In this document: positions 10,773 through 20,900 of the stretch, one piece after another
Numbering within the stretch: the stretch's first letter is position 1
How the letters are laid out: each line of letters starts with the position of its first letter
Assembly (NCBI GenBank): GCA_963789265.1
Contig: CAWBKB010000001.1
Location: forward strand, 1,600,001-1,664,000
Length of the DNA stretch: 64,000 nucleotides
Direction of reading: 5' to 3'
From: an uncultured delta proteobacterium
GTDB taxonomy: Bacteria > Desulfobacterota > Desulfomonilia > Desulfomonilales > Desulfomonilaceae
Notes under the pieces: model-generated
Databases searched by the model: none
The model's input: only the letters and a program-made list of their open reading frames with translations
Told to the model about the DNA's origin: nothing
Program-made: the position numbers and the translations under genes

Positions 10773-11022
10773 TTCAGCGCCAGGCTGCCATCGTGCCACG
10801 ATTCCGAGCATCAAAATAGTTTTGAGATACTTTCTTCCAGCCTGCCTTTTTCTTCCCTTGGCTGACGACAGGCCGAAAAGCTTGCTCCGCAGGCTTAATG
10901 ACACTTTCCCGCTGAAAATTGAGTGCTTGCCGGGATCAATAAAATAACGTTTCTTTTTCGACAAAATCGGAGTTATAATAGTATCGCGTAATTCATGTTC
11001 AATTTGGTATGGGGCTAGGATA

Positions 11023-11922
11023 TTGAGTCGTCGCGCGCTCAGGGCTATAGCCGTGTTGTTCATCTTGGCGGGCGTGGCCTCGTCTGCGGGGGCCGGCCCC
11101 CTACCTTGGAACATCCGGGTGGACTCATCGTTCAGAGCCGAGTTCCTTTTCGGACATCAGGAGGTCCGCCAGCTCGACGCAAGAGTTCCAGACACTCAGC
11201 CACTTCTTGCGGGTCAGGTGCTGGATCGGTTTTCAGTCAATTTCGATCCTCGTCTCCCCGTTCTCGCAGGGACAGTTGAGATAACACCATTTCCAGTCGT
11301 GTCCGGCCGCCTCGCCGGATCAATTAGCGTCTTTGAGAAAAGTGGCGTGGCGAATCGCCGTGTAGACCCACTTTTGGTAAGGACAGACTGGGATGTGAAG
11401 CCCGAGTATAGCTCATGGGAGGCCGCCGGGCTTTATCACCTATGGCATGGGGGTGGTTATCGTTTTAGCGTTACGGCAGGCTATCGACGGGAGATATGGG
11501 ACTACCGGGGAACGCCGGCCAACGGTGGGCCCGACTCGCCTTTGCACGACTCTTTTACTGCGAGCATTCCTTTCATCGGTATGCAAACAGCAATGTTCTT
11601 TCCGTGGTGGAAGGCGCGCTTTGAGGTGTTGGGTTCCCCGTTTATGAACATGAACGTTTCTGATTCGATTCAGAAAAGCGGCTTTGCTCTTCAATTTGAC
11701 GGTAACCTTTACAGGGGCGGCCTAGTTGAGGTTCAGATGGAAGGGAACGCGAATCTCACTGCGAATGTCCTCGTGGGGCTCTACAGCCGGTATGCATATC
11801 AGGAATTGTACGGTTCGTTGTCAGGAACGGGGACCACGACCAACGTCGGATTGGCTCCCTACACTGTGTTTGTGAACCAAAGCATGGCTACAGTCGGATT
11901 AAACGTGACGGTCTTCTTCTGA
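11023..11922 (+). CDS. Hypothetical exported, probable outer-membrane beta-barrel protein
   Basis: Signal peptide, alternating amphipathic strands, C-terminal VGLNVTVFF. Confidence 0.65.
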   Translation: MSRRALRAIAVLFILAGVASSAGAGPLPWNIRVDSSFRAEFLFGHQEVRQLDARVPDTQPLLAGQVLDRFSVNFDPRLPVLAGTVEITPFPVVSGRLAGSISVFEKSGVANRRVDPLLVRTDWDVKPEYSSWEAAGLYHLWHGGGYRFSVTAGYRREIWDYRGTPANGGPDSPLHDSFTASIPFIGMQTAMFFPWWKARFEVLGSPFMNMNVSDSIQKSGFALQFDGNLYRGGLVEVQMEGNANLTANVLVGLYSRYAYQELYGSLSGTGTTTNVGLAPYTVFVNQSMATVGLNVTVFF

Positions 11923-11999
11923 GGAGGCGAACCGGGTTCCGAAAATGGAGTAATTGGCTTTCCTGAAGATGACATTAAATTAGTCTCTCGCCACTATTC

Positions 12000-13367
12000 T
12001 TATCGTACGCACCGATCCCACAGCGAGTCCATTTCCGACTTCCAAACGCGGATTGTTTCCAGAGCACGACCTGACAGTACCTCTTTCCTGAGCTTCTTGG
12101 GTGTCCCCGCGGGCGCAGGTTCCATAATGCCGAAGTTGACGTTCATCGGTTGGTAAGTTTTGACCGGCTGATCGTATGTGTGCTTCAAGAGGGCTCCCAT
12201 GGCCGTAACGGCCGGCGGTGGCCAGGGCGTAATCCCCGCTGCCGTCAGTCCGGCCATGAGCCCCACCGCGAGGCCGGAGGCTGTGGACTCTATGTACCCT
12301 TCTACTCCCGTTATTTGGCCGGCAAAAAAGACATGAGGATGTGTCTTTGACCGCGAAAATCGGTCCAGAAGCCGTGGTGTGTCCAGATAGGTGTTGCGGT
12401 GGATCGAGCCCAAGCGTTCAAAAACAGCATTTTCAAGACCCGGGATCATGCGGAAAACTCGCTCTTGCTCGGGATGAGTCATTTTCGTCTGAAAGCCCAC
12501 AAGGTTGTAAAGAGTCTTTTCACGGTTCTCGGCCCGGAGTTGGACCACTGCAAAGGGCCGCGTTCCCGTGGATGGGTCCGTAAGGCCCACCGGCTTCATC
12601 GGGCCAAACGCCAGAGTGTCCGGTCCGCGGCGAGCCAATTCTTCCACAGGGAGGCAACCCTCAAAATGAGGGATTGTCTCGAACGGAAACGGGTCAACCT
12701 TCTTTGCTGCCAGGATTTCGTTGACAAACGACCGATAGGTCTCCTCACTCATGGGGGCATTCAAATAGTCGCCGTCTCCATCGCCATATCGGGATGCACG
12801 GAAGAGCCGGCTCATGTCCAGAGAATCGGCAGTTACTATCGGAGCTATTGCATCATAGAAAGACAGTCCGTCCGACCCCAGGATGCCGGCTATGTCCGAT
12901 GCCAAAGCATCGGATGTCAAAGGCCCTGTCGCTACTATGACAATTCCTTCCTCCGGCGGTGGAATTCGAGTAATCTCCACGCGCTGGAGTCTGATCAGAG
13001 GATTTGCCTCGATTTTCTCTGTAATGAATCGGGAAAAGAGATCTCGTTGTACCGCGAGAGCTTTCCCGGCCGGGACTGCCGTGGCATCAGCAGCTCGCAT
13101 AATAAGGGAATCCAGCACACGCAACTCTTCTTTGAGCAACCCCGCGGCTGAGTGAAATGACGCGGACCTTAACGAATTGGAACAGACCAATTCCCCTAGA
13201 TCAGGAGAGTTGTGAGCTGGGGAGTAACGTGTGGGCTTCATTTCAACCAGCCGCACAGCCACTCCTCTTTCGCCGAGTTGCCATGCAGCCTCGGATCCGG
13301 CCAGACCTCCCCCCAGGATTGTGATCCTTGTTTTTAGGTCATGTGCCCTAGAGTCGCAGCGATTCAC
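12000..13367 (-). CDS. trmFO: Folate-dependent tRNA (uracil-54) methyltransferase TrmFO
   Basis: [48 protein letters not shown]. Confidence 0.97.
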   Translation of the reverse strand: MNRCDSRAHDLKTRITILGGGLAGSEAAWQLGERGVAVRLVEMKPTRYSPAHNSPDLGELVCSNSLRSASFHSAAGLLKEELRVLDSLIMRAADATAVPAGKALAVQRDLFSRFITEKIEANPLIRLQRVEITRIPPPEEGIVIVATGPLTSDALASDIAGILGSDGLSFYDAIAPIVTADSLDMSRLFRASRYGDGDGDYLNAPMSEETYRSFVNEILAAKKVDPFPFETIPHFEGCLPVEELARRGPDTLAFGPMKPVGLTDPSTGTRPFAVVQLRAENREKTLYNLVGFQTKMTHPEQERVFRMIPGLENAVFERLGSIHRNTYLDTPRLLDRFSRSKTHPHVFFAGQITGVEGYIESTASGLAVGLMAGLTAAGITPWPPPAVTAMGALLKHTYDQPVKTYQPMNVNFGIMEPAPAGTPKKLRKEVLSGRALETIRVWKSEMDSLWDRCVR

Positions 13368-13961
13368 TTATTCTACCTGTTTAGACGCCAATCGGTACCA
13401 CGAGTCTCTCAGCGCGAGGAATCTCTGTCTTCTCCTTGAGAAGAATGGGTTGGAAATGCCCCGCCTGAGAATTTTCGGCCTTCTTTCCGGTATTGCAGAC
13501 GCCAACATGGAACTCGCGGGCCCGATAACAGACACTCTCACAGGCGAAGTTCCCTGGGCCACCATGCCGATTTTCTGCGCTGCCGCAAGTGAAAGATCAA
13601 TCACCCTGTCCTTCACAAAAGGTCCTCGATCATTGATCCTCACAACCACGTTCTTATTATTCTTCAGGTTGGTGACCCTCACAAGTGTGTTCAAGGGCAA
13701 GACACTGTGGGCAGCCGTAAGGCCATGCATATTATATACTTCTCCTGACGATGTTTTTTTGCCGTCAAATCCGGGCCCGTACCATGAAGCCACACCATCC
13801 TGAAAAAAACCCGGACAAGCCTTCTGCAAAGGGTGGTAGGTGCGACCTCTTACCGCATAGGAATTTGGACAGCCCCCTTTTACCGCGACAATTCTGGAAG
13901 CGCAACCGGCCGCTATGACAGACATAAATAAAGCCATAATAGTGAGTTGGAATAATTTCAT
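13368..13961 (-). CDS. rlpA: Septal ring lytic transglycosylase RlpA-family lipoprotein
   Basis: Lipobox AAGC, GVASWYG, TAAH..LPL, VRINDRGPFV..RVIDLS. Confidence 0.92.
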   Translation of the reverse strand: MKLFQLTIMALFMSVIAAGCASRIVAVKGGCPNSYAVRGRTYHPLQKACPGFFQDGVASWYGPGFDGKKTSSGEVYNMHGLTAAHSVLPLNTLVRVTNLKNNKNVVVRINDRGPFVKDRVIDLSLAAAQKIGMVAQGTSPVRVSVIGPASSMLASAIPERRPKILRRGISNPFFSRRRQRFLALRDSWYRLASKQVE

Positions 13962-14437
13962 TACACTGAGGCTTGTGTACTAACATAAGCGCTAAATATT
14001 AATGAGATAAATATCACACAATTCCATCGGCTGTCAAGATCTCGGCGTTTGGATCTGTTCCTACTAAAGGTCGAGGGCGCATCGCCTGCGTTCCGGCTGA
14101 TGAGCCGCCATACTGGACCCGCGTCACAGACTCCTTGACCTTGAGTTGAGAAGCATAGTAATCTCAACGCCGTGAGATCGCCGCGAATCCGCGGCCCAGG
14201 ACCGTTTCCCTGCAGCAAAGAATTTGTGAAAGATATATAGGTGTGATCGACTAAGGGACGATTTCAACTCCGCGTCACGGAGCTTGCAATCATGGCCGAA
14301 GTAGGCAGTCGGAGCGCGCCTCGCGCTGGTGTCGGCGATCTGGCGTAGAAGAGAGTTCCGATGGGGTAGGCTGAACAGATTGTGGCAGTGCGGTCAAACT
14401 CCATGTGGCCACCTTCGAAGCTTTGGAGCTGGATCAA

Positions 14438-16138
14438 ATGTTTTCGAGATCTCTAAGAATGGTCTTGATTGCAGTGGGCCTCCTGATCCTAATTAGCTGC
14501 GATCCTGAGACCGTGATAAAGAGCAAGGTCCCTGAGTCCCTGCAAGAGTTGCTCACTTTTGGCCCTTCTCGGGTAAGCCTGAAGGCCAAGCAACCTGAGC
14601 TATCCACTGTGGAGATCGCGGCTCCAAGGAACGGCGGCGCTTACCCGGTGGGGAGTGATATGCTTTTCCTGGGAAAGGCGAAGTTAGTCGGTGATGCCAA
14701 GCAGCACGGGCCGGATCTGGTTTGGAAGCTGTTTCCTGAAAAGGCCCATGCCGGTGTGTCGTTGGGAAAAGGGATTTCAATCAGAAAACGGCTTGATCCT
14801 GGGAATTATCGCGTTCAGGTGACAATGACCGCGGGAGGTCGAACGGTAGCCAAGACTGTGAAGTTTCGCGTGGTACGCAGCATGTCTGGTAAAGTGATAG
14901 CGGTTGATGGCGCCGGTTTGCCCGGAACCGACCTCAATTTGACGAACCTCGAAGGAGACGAAGTTATTTTCAGTACTAAATCGGGAAGGGGCGGAGTTTT
15001 CTCAATTGAATTTCCCTCGGAGGAACCGTTTAGACTGATGCCGCGCAAAAAAGGCTTCAGCTTTTCCCCAGTCAGCCAGATAGTCAAGTTTGGCAAGAAA
15101 GGGGCGCTGCCGCCGTTCAAGGCGATCAAAGGTGAAATTTCCGATATCCGGCTGATCGAATCGGAAAAAGGGGATGAGAATGTCCGGAATATTTGTCCTC
15201 AGCAGGAATCGTGGCTAAAATTGCGCATAAAGTTCAAGCATAAGCCTGCTCGAGTGGAGCCTTTTCTGGTGCAGCAGGAAGATGACAAAGAGCGATTGAT
15301 CCCGCTGGAAGACTTGACGGATTTGACTGATGCGACAAAGGAGTACGACCCTAACGCACCCGTAGTGATGAAGGTTCGGGTGCCGGCAGGGTCGACACTT
15401 GGGATCTCAAAAGGTTCGTATCGCCTCAGAGTCAAAGTTTACGACGACGCCGGGAATCATTTTTCAGCCGAAGCGTCGGCTCCAGTACGAATGAACGTGG
15501 CGAAATGTTTCGCCACGAAATTTGCTGAAGGTCTGTCGTTGCAGGAGCAAGGAAAACTCGATGAGGCTATAAAGGCTTACTCGGTCATGGACGACTTCAA
15601 AAAGACTGTCGAAGATTCGCGGCAGTTTTCCGGAGACATGCAAAAGGCCTATTTCAACAGAGGCATTGCTCATCTGGGGATCGCCATTTCAAAGAAAGCC
15701 GCAGAAGGGCCTATCCTTGGCGAGCTTAACAGGGCTCTCATAGATTTCAATGCCGTGCTGAAGATACATAGTCGGGACACTGAAGCCCTCTTGCTCAGAG
15801 GAGCAGTCAATTACATGGCGAGGAGTTATAAAGCAGCACTGAAGGATCTCGATACCGATCTGAACATCAATCCGCAGATGGTCGTCGCACGTGAACTCAG
15901 GGCTCAGGGCCTTGTGAAGAGCGGCATCAAACGTAACCTCACACCGGCAATTGACGATTTCACCGATCTTGTCGATCTAGACACCCGGAATGACGGTCTA
16001 AGGAAGAGTCGGAGCGAAGCGTTGAAGCTCCTGGTCCGCTCTGAGAGCAAGAGTGACGATTCGAAGGTCGATATCTCGTCTATTCCTCTCAGAAAGATCG
16101 ACAAGATACTGAATTTGGCCAAGTACATCCGGAAATAG
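14438..16138 (+). CDS. Putative lipoprotein with Ig/carboxypeptidase-regulatory-like domains and C-terminal TPRs
   Basis: LLILISC lipobox-like; TPR helices AYFNRGIAH, ALLLRGAVNY. Confidence 0.7.
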   Translation: MFSRSLRMVLIAVGLLILISCDPETVIKSKVPESLQELLTFGPSRVSLKAKQPELSTVEIAAPRNGGAYPVGSDMLFLGKAKLVGDAKQHGPDLVWKLFPEKAHAGVSLGKGISIRKRLDPGNYRVQVTMTAGGRTVAKTVKFRVVRSMSGKVIAVDGAGLPGTDLNLTNLEGDEVIFSTKSGRGGVFSIEFPSEEPFRLMPRKKGFSFSPVSQIVKFGKKGALPPFKAIKGEISDIRLIESEKGDENVRNICPQQESWLKLRIKFKHKPARVEPFLVQQEDDKERLIPLEDLTDLTDATKEYDPNAPVVMKVRVPAGSTLGISKGSYRLRVKVYDDAGNHFSAEASAPVRMNVAKCFATKFAEGLSLQEQGKLDEAIKAYSVMDDFKKTVEDSRQFSGDMQKAYFNRGIAHLGIAISKKAAEGPILGELNRALIDFNAVLKIHSRDTEALLLRGAVNYMARSYKAALKDLDTDLNINPQMVVARELRAQGLVKSGIKRNLTPAIDDFTDLVDLDTRNDGLRKSRSEALKLLVRSESKSDDSKVDISSIPLRKIDKILNLAKYIRK

Positions 16139-16227
16139 ATCATGTAGAGTATGTCGCAGGCCAGGGTCCCACCAGGCGTCCACCTGTGGCAGTGCTTTGG
16201 ATGCAGACCGGTACGAGCTGAAAGCCG

Positions 16228-16842
16228 ATGCTTGAATGTCCCCTGTTGACCCGTTTCCATCCCACCGCGATCATTTGGCTCTTGGTCCCGGTCCTTCTTA
16301 CAGGTTGCTTCGCTGCACGGGGCATAGTAAAGGTTGGGTCGCAACCATATCCTCTAATTTACCAGGACGATTCCACTGAGAAATTCTCGGATTCCGAAGA
16401 TGCTGCATTTGTTGAGGTCCGCCGAAAGAAAGTTTCTCGCCCGCTGGAAAATTTGGCAATCCATTATGCGGCACTATTTCCCGGGGGGGAGGTTGTCAGG
16501 CCCGGAGACACAGAAGAGTACGTCAAGATAGACGGCAGGAACGCGTACAAAGTCATATTCAGACCGAATTATATCAGGAGAAGGAAGCGAATTGACCCCA
16601 AGAAGAAACTCGATCCCGGTAAGATCCCGCTGGGATGGAAAGTCGCGAATATTGAAGACCCCACGACCGGCAAGCTAACCCCGGTGCTTTACGGGCCGGT
16701 CATTCCGAGACAGAAGATTCTATATCTTGTTGAAGGCGGCCCTTTCATATACTATATTTTCTTCAGGGCCGACGGAGACGCTATAGAACCGGCTCGAAAA
16801 AAATTTGAGGAGTTCGTTCGCAAGGGCATTAAGTACGAGTAA
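16228..16842 (+). CDS. Hypothetical lipoprotein
   Basis: VLLTGC lipobox; 204-aa ORF in a co-directional cluster. Confidence 0.65.
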   Translation: MLECPLLTRFHPTAIIWLLVPVLLTGCFAARGIVKVGSQPYPLIYQDDSTEKFSDSEDAAFVEVRRKKVSRPLENLAIHYAALFPGGEVVRPGDTEEYVKIDGRNAYKVIFRPNYIRRRKRIDPKKKLDPGKIPLGWKVANIEDPTTGKLTPVLYGPVIPRQKILYLVEGGPFIYYIFFRADGDAIEPARKKFEEFVRKGIKYE

Positions 16843-16843
16843 T

Positions 16844-16962
16844 ACCATTTCACGTTCATACAACTAATATGGCGGGCACGGAGGCCCGCCGCTACCAAAT
16901 TGGTAGAGCCGGCGTCCCTGCCGGCCAAGATAAGTTGATTAGTTTCTTGAAAGCGGAATGGT
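16844..16962. repeat. MITE/REP doublet; related copies near 35495-35518 and 38183-38263
   Basis: Outer IR accatttcacgttcatacaactaat / attagtttcttgaaagcggaatggt enclosing ggcgggcacggaggcccgccgctac and gtagagccggcgtccctgccggcc hairpins. Confidence 0.65.
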
Positions 16963-17026
16963 CTAAGAAGCCGTTGGAAGCAGCCACTACTCGGTCTGCC
17001 TGATTTGCGGACAAGGGGAAAACACA

Positions 17027-17899
17027 GTGAGATACATAGGATCTGTTTACCGGCCTCCAAGCGAGGCCCATAGTCTGATAATTCAGGCAACGCTGGGTTG
17101 CAATCACAACAAGTGCACTTTTTGCGGAAGCTACCGTGATAAACGTTTCACGATCAGGTCGATCAAGGATATTCGAGAGGACCTAAAGGAAGCCCGCGAT
17201 ATGGGGCCGATTCCACGTGTCTTTCTCGCTGACGGCGATGCCCTGTGTATGCCACAGAAGCGCCTGGTGGAGGTCCTTCAGGCAGTCGAGGAATTTATTC
17301 CCTCTGTGGAAAGGGTCGGCATTTATGCTAACGCCAGGAACATCCTGCGCAAGTCACTCGAAGACCTCCAAGCGCTCGCATCATTGAAGCTGGGCATAAT
17401 CTACATGGGGGTCGAGACCGGAGATAGTGTCCTGCTCGAAAATATTTGCAAAGGATCCACTTACGAACAGTTGGTAGAGGCAGGCAAGAAAGTGAAACAA
17501 GCCGGAATAACTCTTTCTGTAACGGTGCTCTTGGGGATCGGGGGGATTGAAGGCAGCGAGCGGCATGCCCGCGCGACTGCGAGAGTGTTGACTGACATGG
17601 ATCCGGACTATGTGGGGGCACTGAGCGTCATTCTCGTACCGGGAACACCGCTTCACAAGGAATTTGTCGAAGGCCGATTCCGGCTTCCCGATCCCTTCGG
17701 CCTTATCAACGAATTGAGAATTATGATAGCTGAATCGTCCTTTAGCCATTGCGTGTTCCGATCCAACCACGCTTCAAACTATTTGCCGGTGAAGGCTACA
17801 CTTCCGGAGGATAAGAAAAGGATCCTGGAGGCTATCGACACCGTGCTTGAATCGCGTGACGAGAGGAGACTCAGGCCGGAATTCCTTCGCGCCCTGTAA
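17027..17899 (+). CDS. Radical SAM protein
   Basis: YRPPSEAHS, GCNHNKCTFC, FLADGDAL, FRSNHASNYL. Confidence 0.9.
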   Translation: MRYIGSVYRPPSEAHSLIIQATLGCNHNKCTFCGSYRDKRFTIRSIKDIREDLKEARDMGPIPRVFLADGDALCMPQKRLVEVLQAVEEFIPSVERVGIYANARNILRKSLEDLQALASLKLGIIYMGVETGDSVLLENICKGSTYEQLVEAGKKVKQAGITLSVTVLLGIGGIEGSERHARATARVLTDMDPDYVGALSVILVPGTPLHKEFVEGRFRLPDPFGLINELRIMIAESSFSHCVFRSNHASNYLPVKATLPEDKKRILEAIDTVLESRDERRLRPEFLRAL

Positions 17900-17943
17900 T
17901 AGCCGGCTCTGGATTCACCTAAACTTGGCGGGGGGCTTGCAAA

Positions 17944-20900
17944 TTGCTATGGGGAGGAGTTGTCGTGTCTGTGCATAGGTACCTTGGCATAGATTGCGGG
18001 TCGGTTAGTCTGAATTTGGCTCTGCTTACCGATGGAACTAATGAACCCATCTCAGTGTATCTGCGAACCCGAGGGCGCCCTCTGCAAACGTTGGTAGAGG
18101 CCGCAGACGAGCTGATCACGATCTGTGGCACAGACGTGTCCATTACCTCAGCCCTGGTAACCGGGAGCGCTCGGGAACTACTAGCCAAGGCATTGAATAT
18201 CCCGGCGGTAAATGAGATCAGCGCCCACGCTGCAGGAATCCAGCACGTGAATCCCAGCGTGAAGACTGTCATTGAAATCGGAGGCCAGGATTCAAAATTC
18301 ATCAGGATACAACCCCTCCTGAATAGTGGCAAATCCCGCATTCACAGCTTCCGGATGAATGAGATCTGTGCTGCGGGAACCGGAGCGTTCCTGGACGAGC
18401 AGGCAGAAAGACTTGGGATCGGAATAGAATCATTCGGTTCGTTGGCGCTTCAGAGCGACAAGCCCGCTCCGATTGCCGGGCGCTGTGCGGTATTCGCTAA
18501 GACCGACATGATTCACCGGGCCCAAGAGGGAACGCCCCTTCCGGACATTTTGCTTGGACTTGCCTTTGCTCTTGTTCGTAATTATATCGCCACCTTGATA
18601 AGGGGAGACTCGCTGGTTCCTGTGGTTGCGCTCCAAGGTGGCGTGATGAGCAATCAGGCTGTTGTTCACGCGTTCCGGAAATTGCTCGATCTGGAAGAAG
18701 AACAGGTTCTGATTCCACCCCATTATAAGGTCATCGGCGCCTTAGGGTGCGCTGTGCTCACCGCCGGTTCCAAGTCCTTGCACGGACTCTCCCTCGGAAC
18801 TATCAAAGCCGCGGCTGACAAAGCTTCGCGAAATCCCTTTTCGCATTCGTTCTTCAATCCACTCAATCCGGCATTGAATTCGAAACCGCCGACCATAGAG
18901 ATCGCCGGCAACGGGGCCTTGTCGACAAGTCGCCTTGTCATGGGACTCGATGTTGGTTCGGTTTCCGTGAAAGGGGTGATCCTGGATGGTAAAGGCCGCG
19001 TTGTCAGAGAAGATTACCGCCTTTCCAGATCTCTTCCCCTGGAAGCGTTAGCACAGGTGGTAGGCTCCTTGACCGATGATGATATCAGCATCGCAGCGAT
19101 TGCGGTAACCGGTAGCGGCCGCCATCTTGCAGGCGGGCTCTTAGGTGCCGACCTGATCGTCAATGAAATTACCGCGCAGGCGTGCGCCGCACTCAGTTAC
19201 GACTCCGGTGCCGACACTGTCGTCGAAATTGGGGGACAGGATTCCAAGTGGATTTCTCTTGAAGACGGGCAAGTCGGGGACTTCGAGATGAATCGAGTTT
19301 GTGCCGCAGGCACTGGCAGTTTCTTGATGGCGCAAGCTCAACGTCTGGAGCTCCCCATGGGCGATACCTTTTCAGAGGCTGCTTTCGCATCATACAGACC
19401 CGCGGACCTGGGAAATCGGTGCACGGTCTTCATGGAATCGGACCTGATTCACCACCAGAATAACGGGGCGTCGTCCGAGGATTTGGCCGCGGGTGTCTGT
19501 ATCAGCATAGTTCACAACTATCTCGAACGAGTTGCGAATCACAAGCCTCTTGGAGAAAAAGTCCTCTTCATGGGCGGGGTAGCGGCTACTCCGGCAGTGA
19601 AAGCAGCGTTTGAGCAGCAAACTGGGCGCCGGTTCGAGACCCCGCCGTTCTTTCGAGTGTCCGGTGCCGTCGGGGCCGCATTGAAGGCATTGGAAGGACT
19701 TGAGGCCGAAACTATTGTTCCCGGACAACGTAAACCGATCCATTGGGATCCCGAACAAATCCGAAAGGAGCAATTTACCTGCAAAGGTTGCTCGAACCAG
19801 TGCAGTGTCAACAAATATAAATCCGGGGAAAGACAAGTCTTCCACGGAGGCTTATGTGACCGATGGGAGATGGATGACGGACCGCGGGGGCGCGGTGATG
19901 AGCCCGATCTCTTCTCATTCAGGGCCCGCCTTCTCAAGGAATTGTCCAGCACAAGTCTCAATGCGGACATATCCTGGGCGATGGTTCAGTCACCGCAATT
20001 CTACGAGTGGTTTCCGTTTTGGAAGGTCTTCTGCGAGGACTTGGGTATTTCGCTGCTGGTCTCCTCTCCGCCAACCCGGAAACAATTCGAGAGCGGCTCG
20101 CGGTTCCTGCGTGTTGAGACATGCCTCCCCATGAAGGCCATGGCAGGGCAGATCGAAGACCTGGTAAACCGAGGAGCAAAGATGCTGTTTCACCCGGCGA
20201 TTCTGAGCGAATCGCCTTCGGTCCGGGGAAACAAACCGTTGGACCATTGCCCGTTTATTCAGGCTTCCTCTCAGTTCTTTCGGGAAACCTTTGACGTCGA
20301 ATGGAAAGAGCCGGTGGTGAATTGCGAGATTGATGCGGATGCTCTCCGTAGGGAGTGTGTTTCGTTTGCTCGCGGTCTCGGGTTTTCACACTATAAAGCA
20401 ATGTCCGCGTTCGGAAAGGGGCAACAGCATCTCGAGCAATTTCAAGCTCGCCTTCGAAGAGAAGGGGAAGAATTCGTGAGCTCACTGGGCCCAACCGAGC
20501 CGGCAATTGTCGTGCTCGGCAAGCCATATCACACTTCCGATCCTTTTCTTAACATGAACCTGGGCAGCCTCCTTCATAGACTGGGGATTCGTGGTCTCCC
20601 CGGCGACCTGTATCCGCTGAGAAGTTCGGCTGCCGAGAAGCCGGTTTCTTGGAAATATCAAGGAAATATGATCCAGGTCGCCCGCGAAATAGCAGAAGAT
20701 CCAAGGCTCTTCCCGGTCCTTATCACTTTCTTCGGTTGTGGTCCCGATCCGTTTACTCTGCGCCATATTAAGGAAAGTATCGCAGACAAGCCCATGCTCA
20801 TCTTGGAAATGGACGAGCACTGCTCAAGGGCGGGGATTATTACCAGATTGGAAGCATTTCTTGACCGTATCACCCTGAGCAGGAACGGATGCAAGACGGG

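Larger units (their letters stand above)
9030..10834. repeat. Palindromic MITE (9030-9096 plus 10773-10834) interrupted by IS1182
   Basis: Ends gagtctgtctcaaaacta / tagttttgagatactttc; TTCC direct repeats at 9026-9029 and 10835-10838; inner stem tcgtagcacgatg / catcgtgccacga. Confidence 0.75.

Noticed and set aside
14000..14400. Possible riboswitch or ncRNA between rlpA and the TPR gene
   Set aside because: No recognisable conserved motif; needs a covariance-model search
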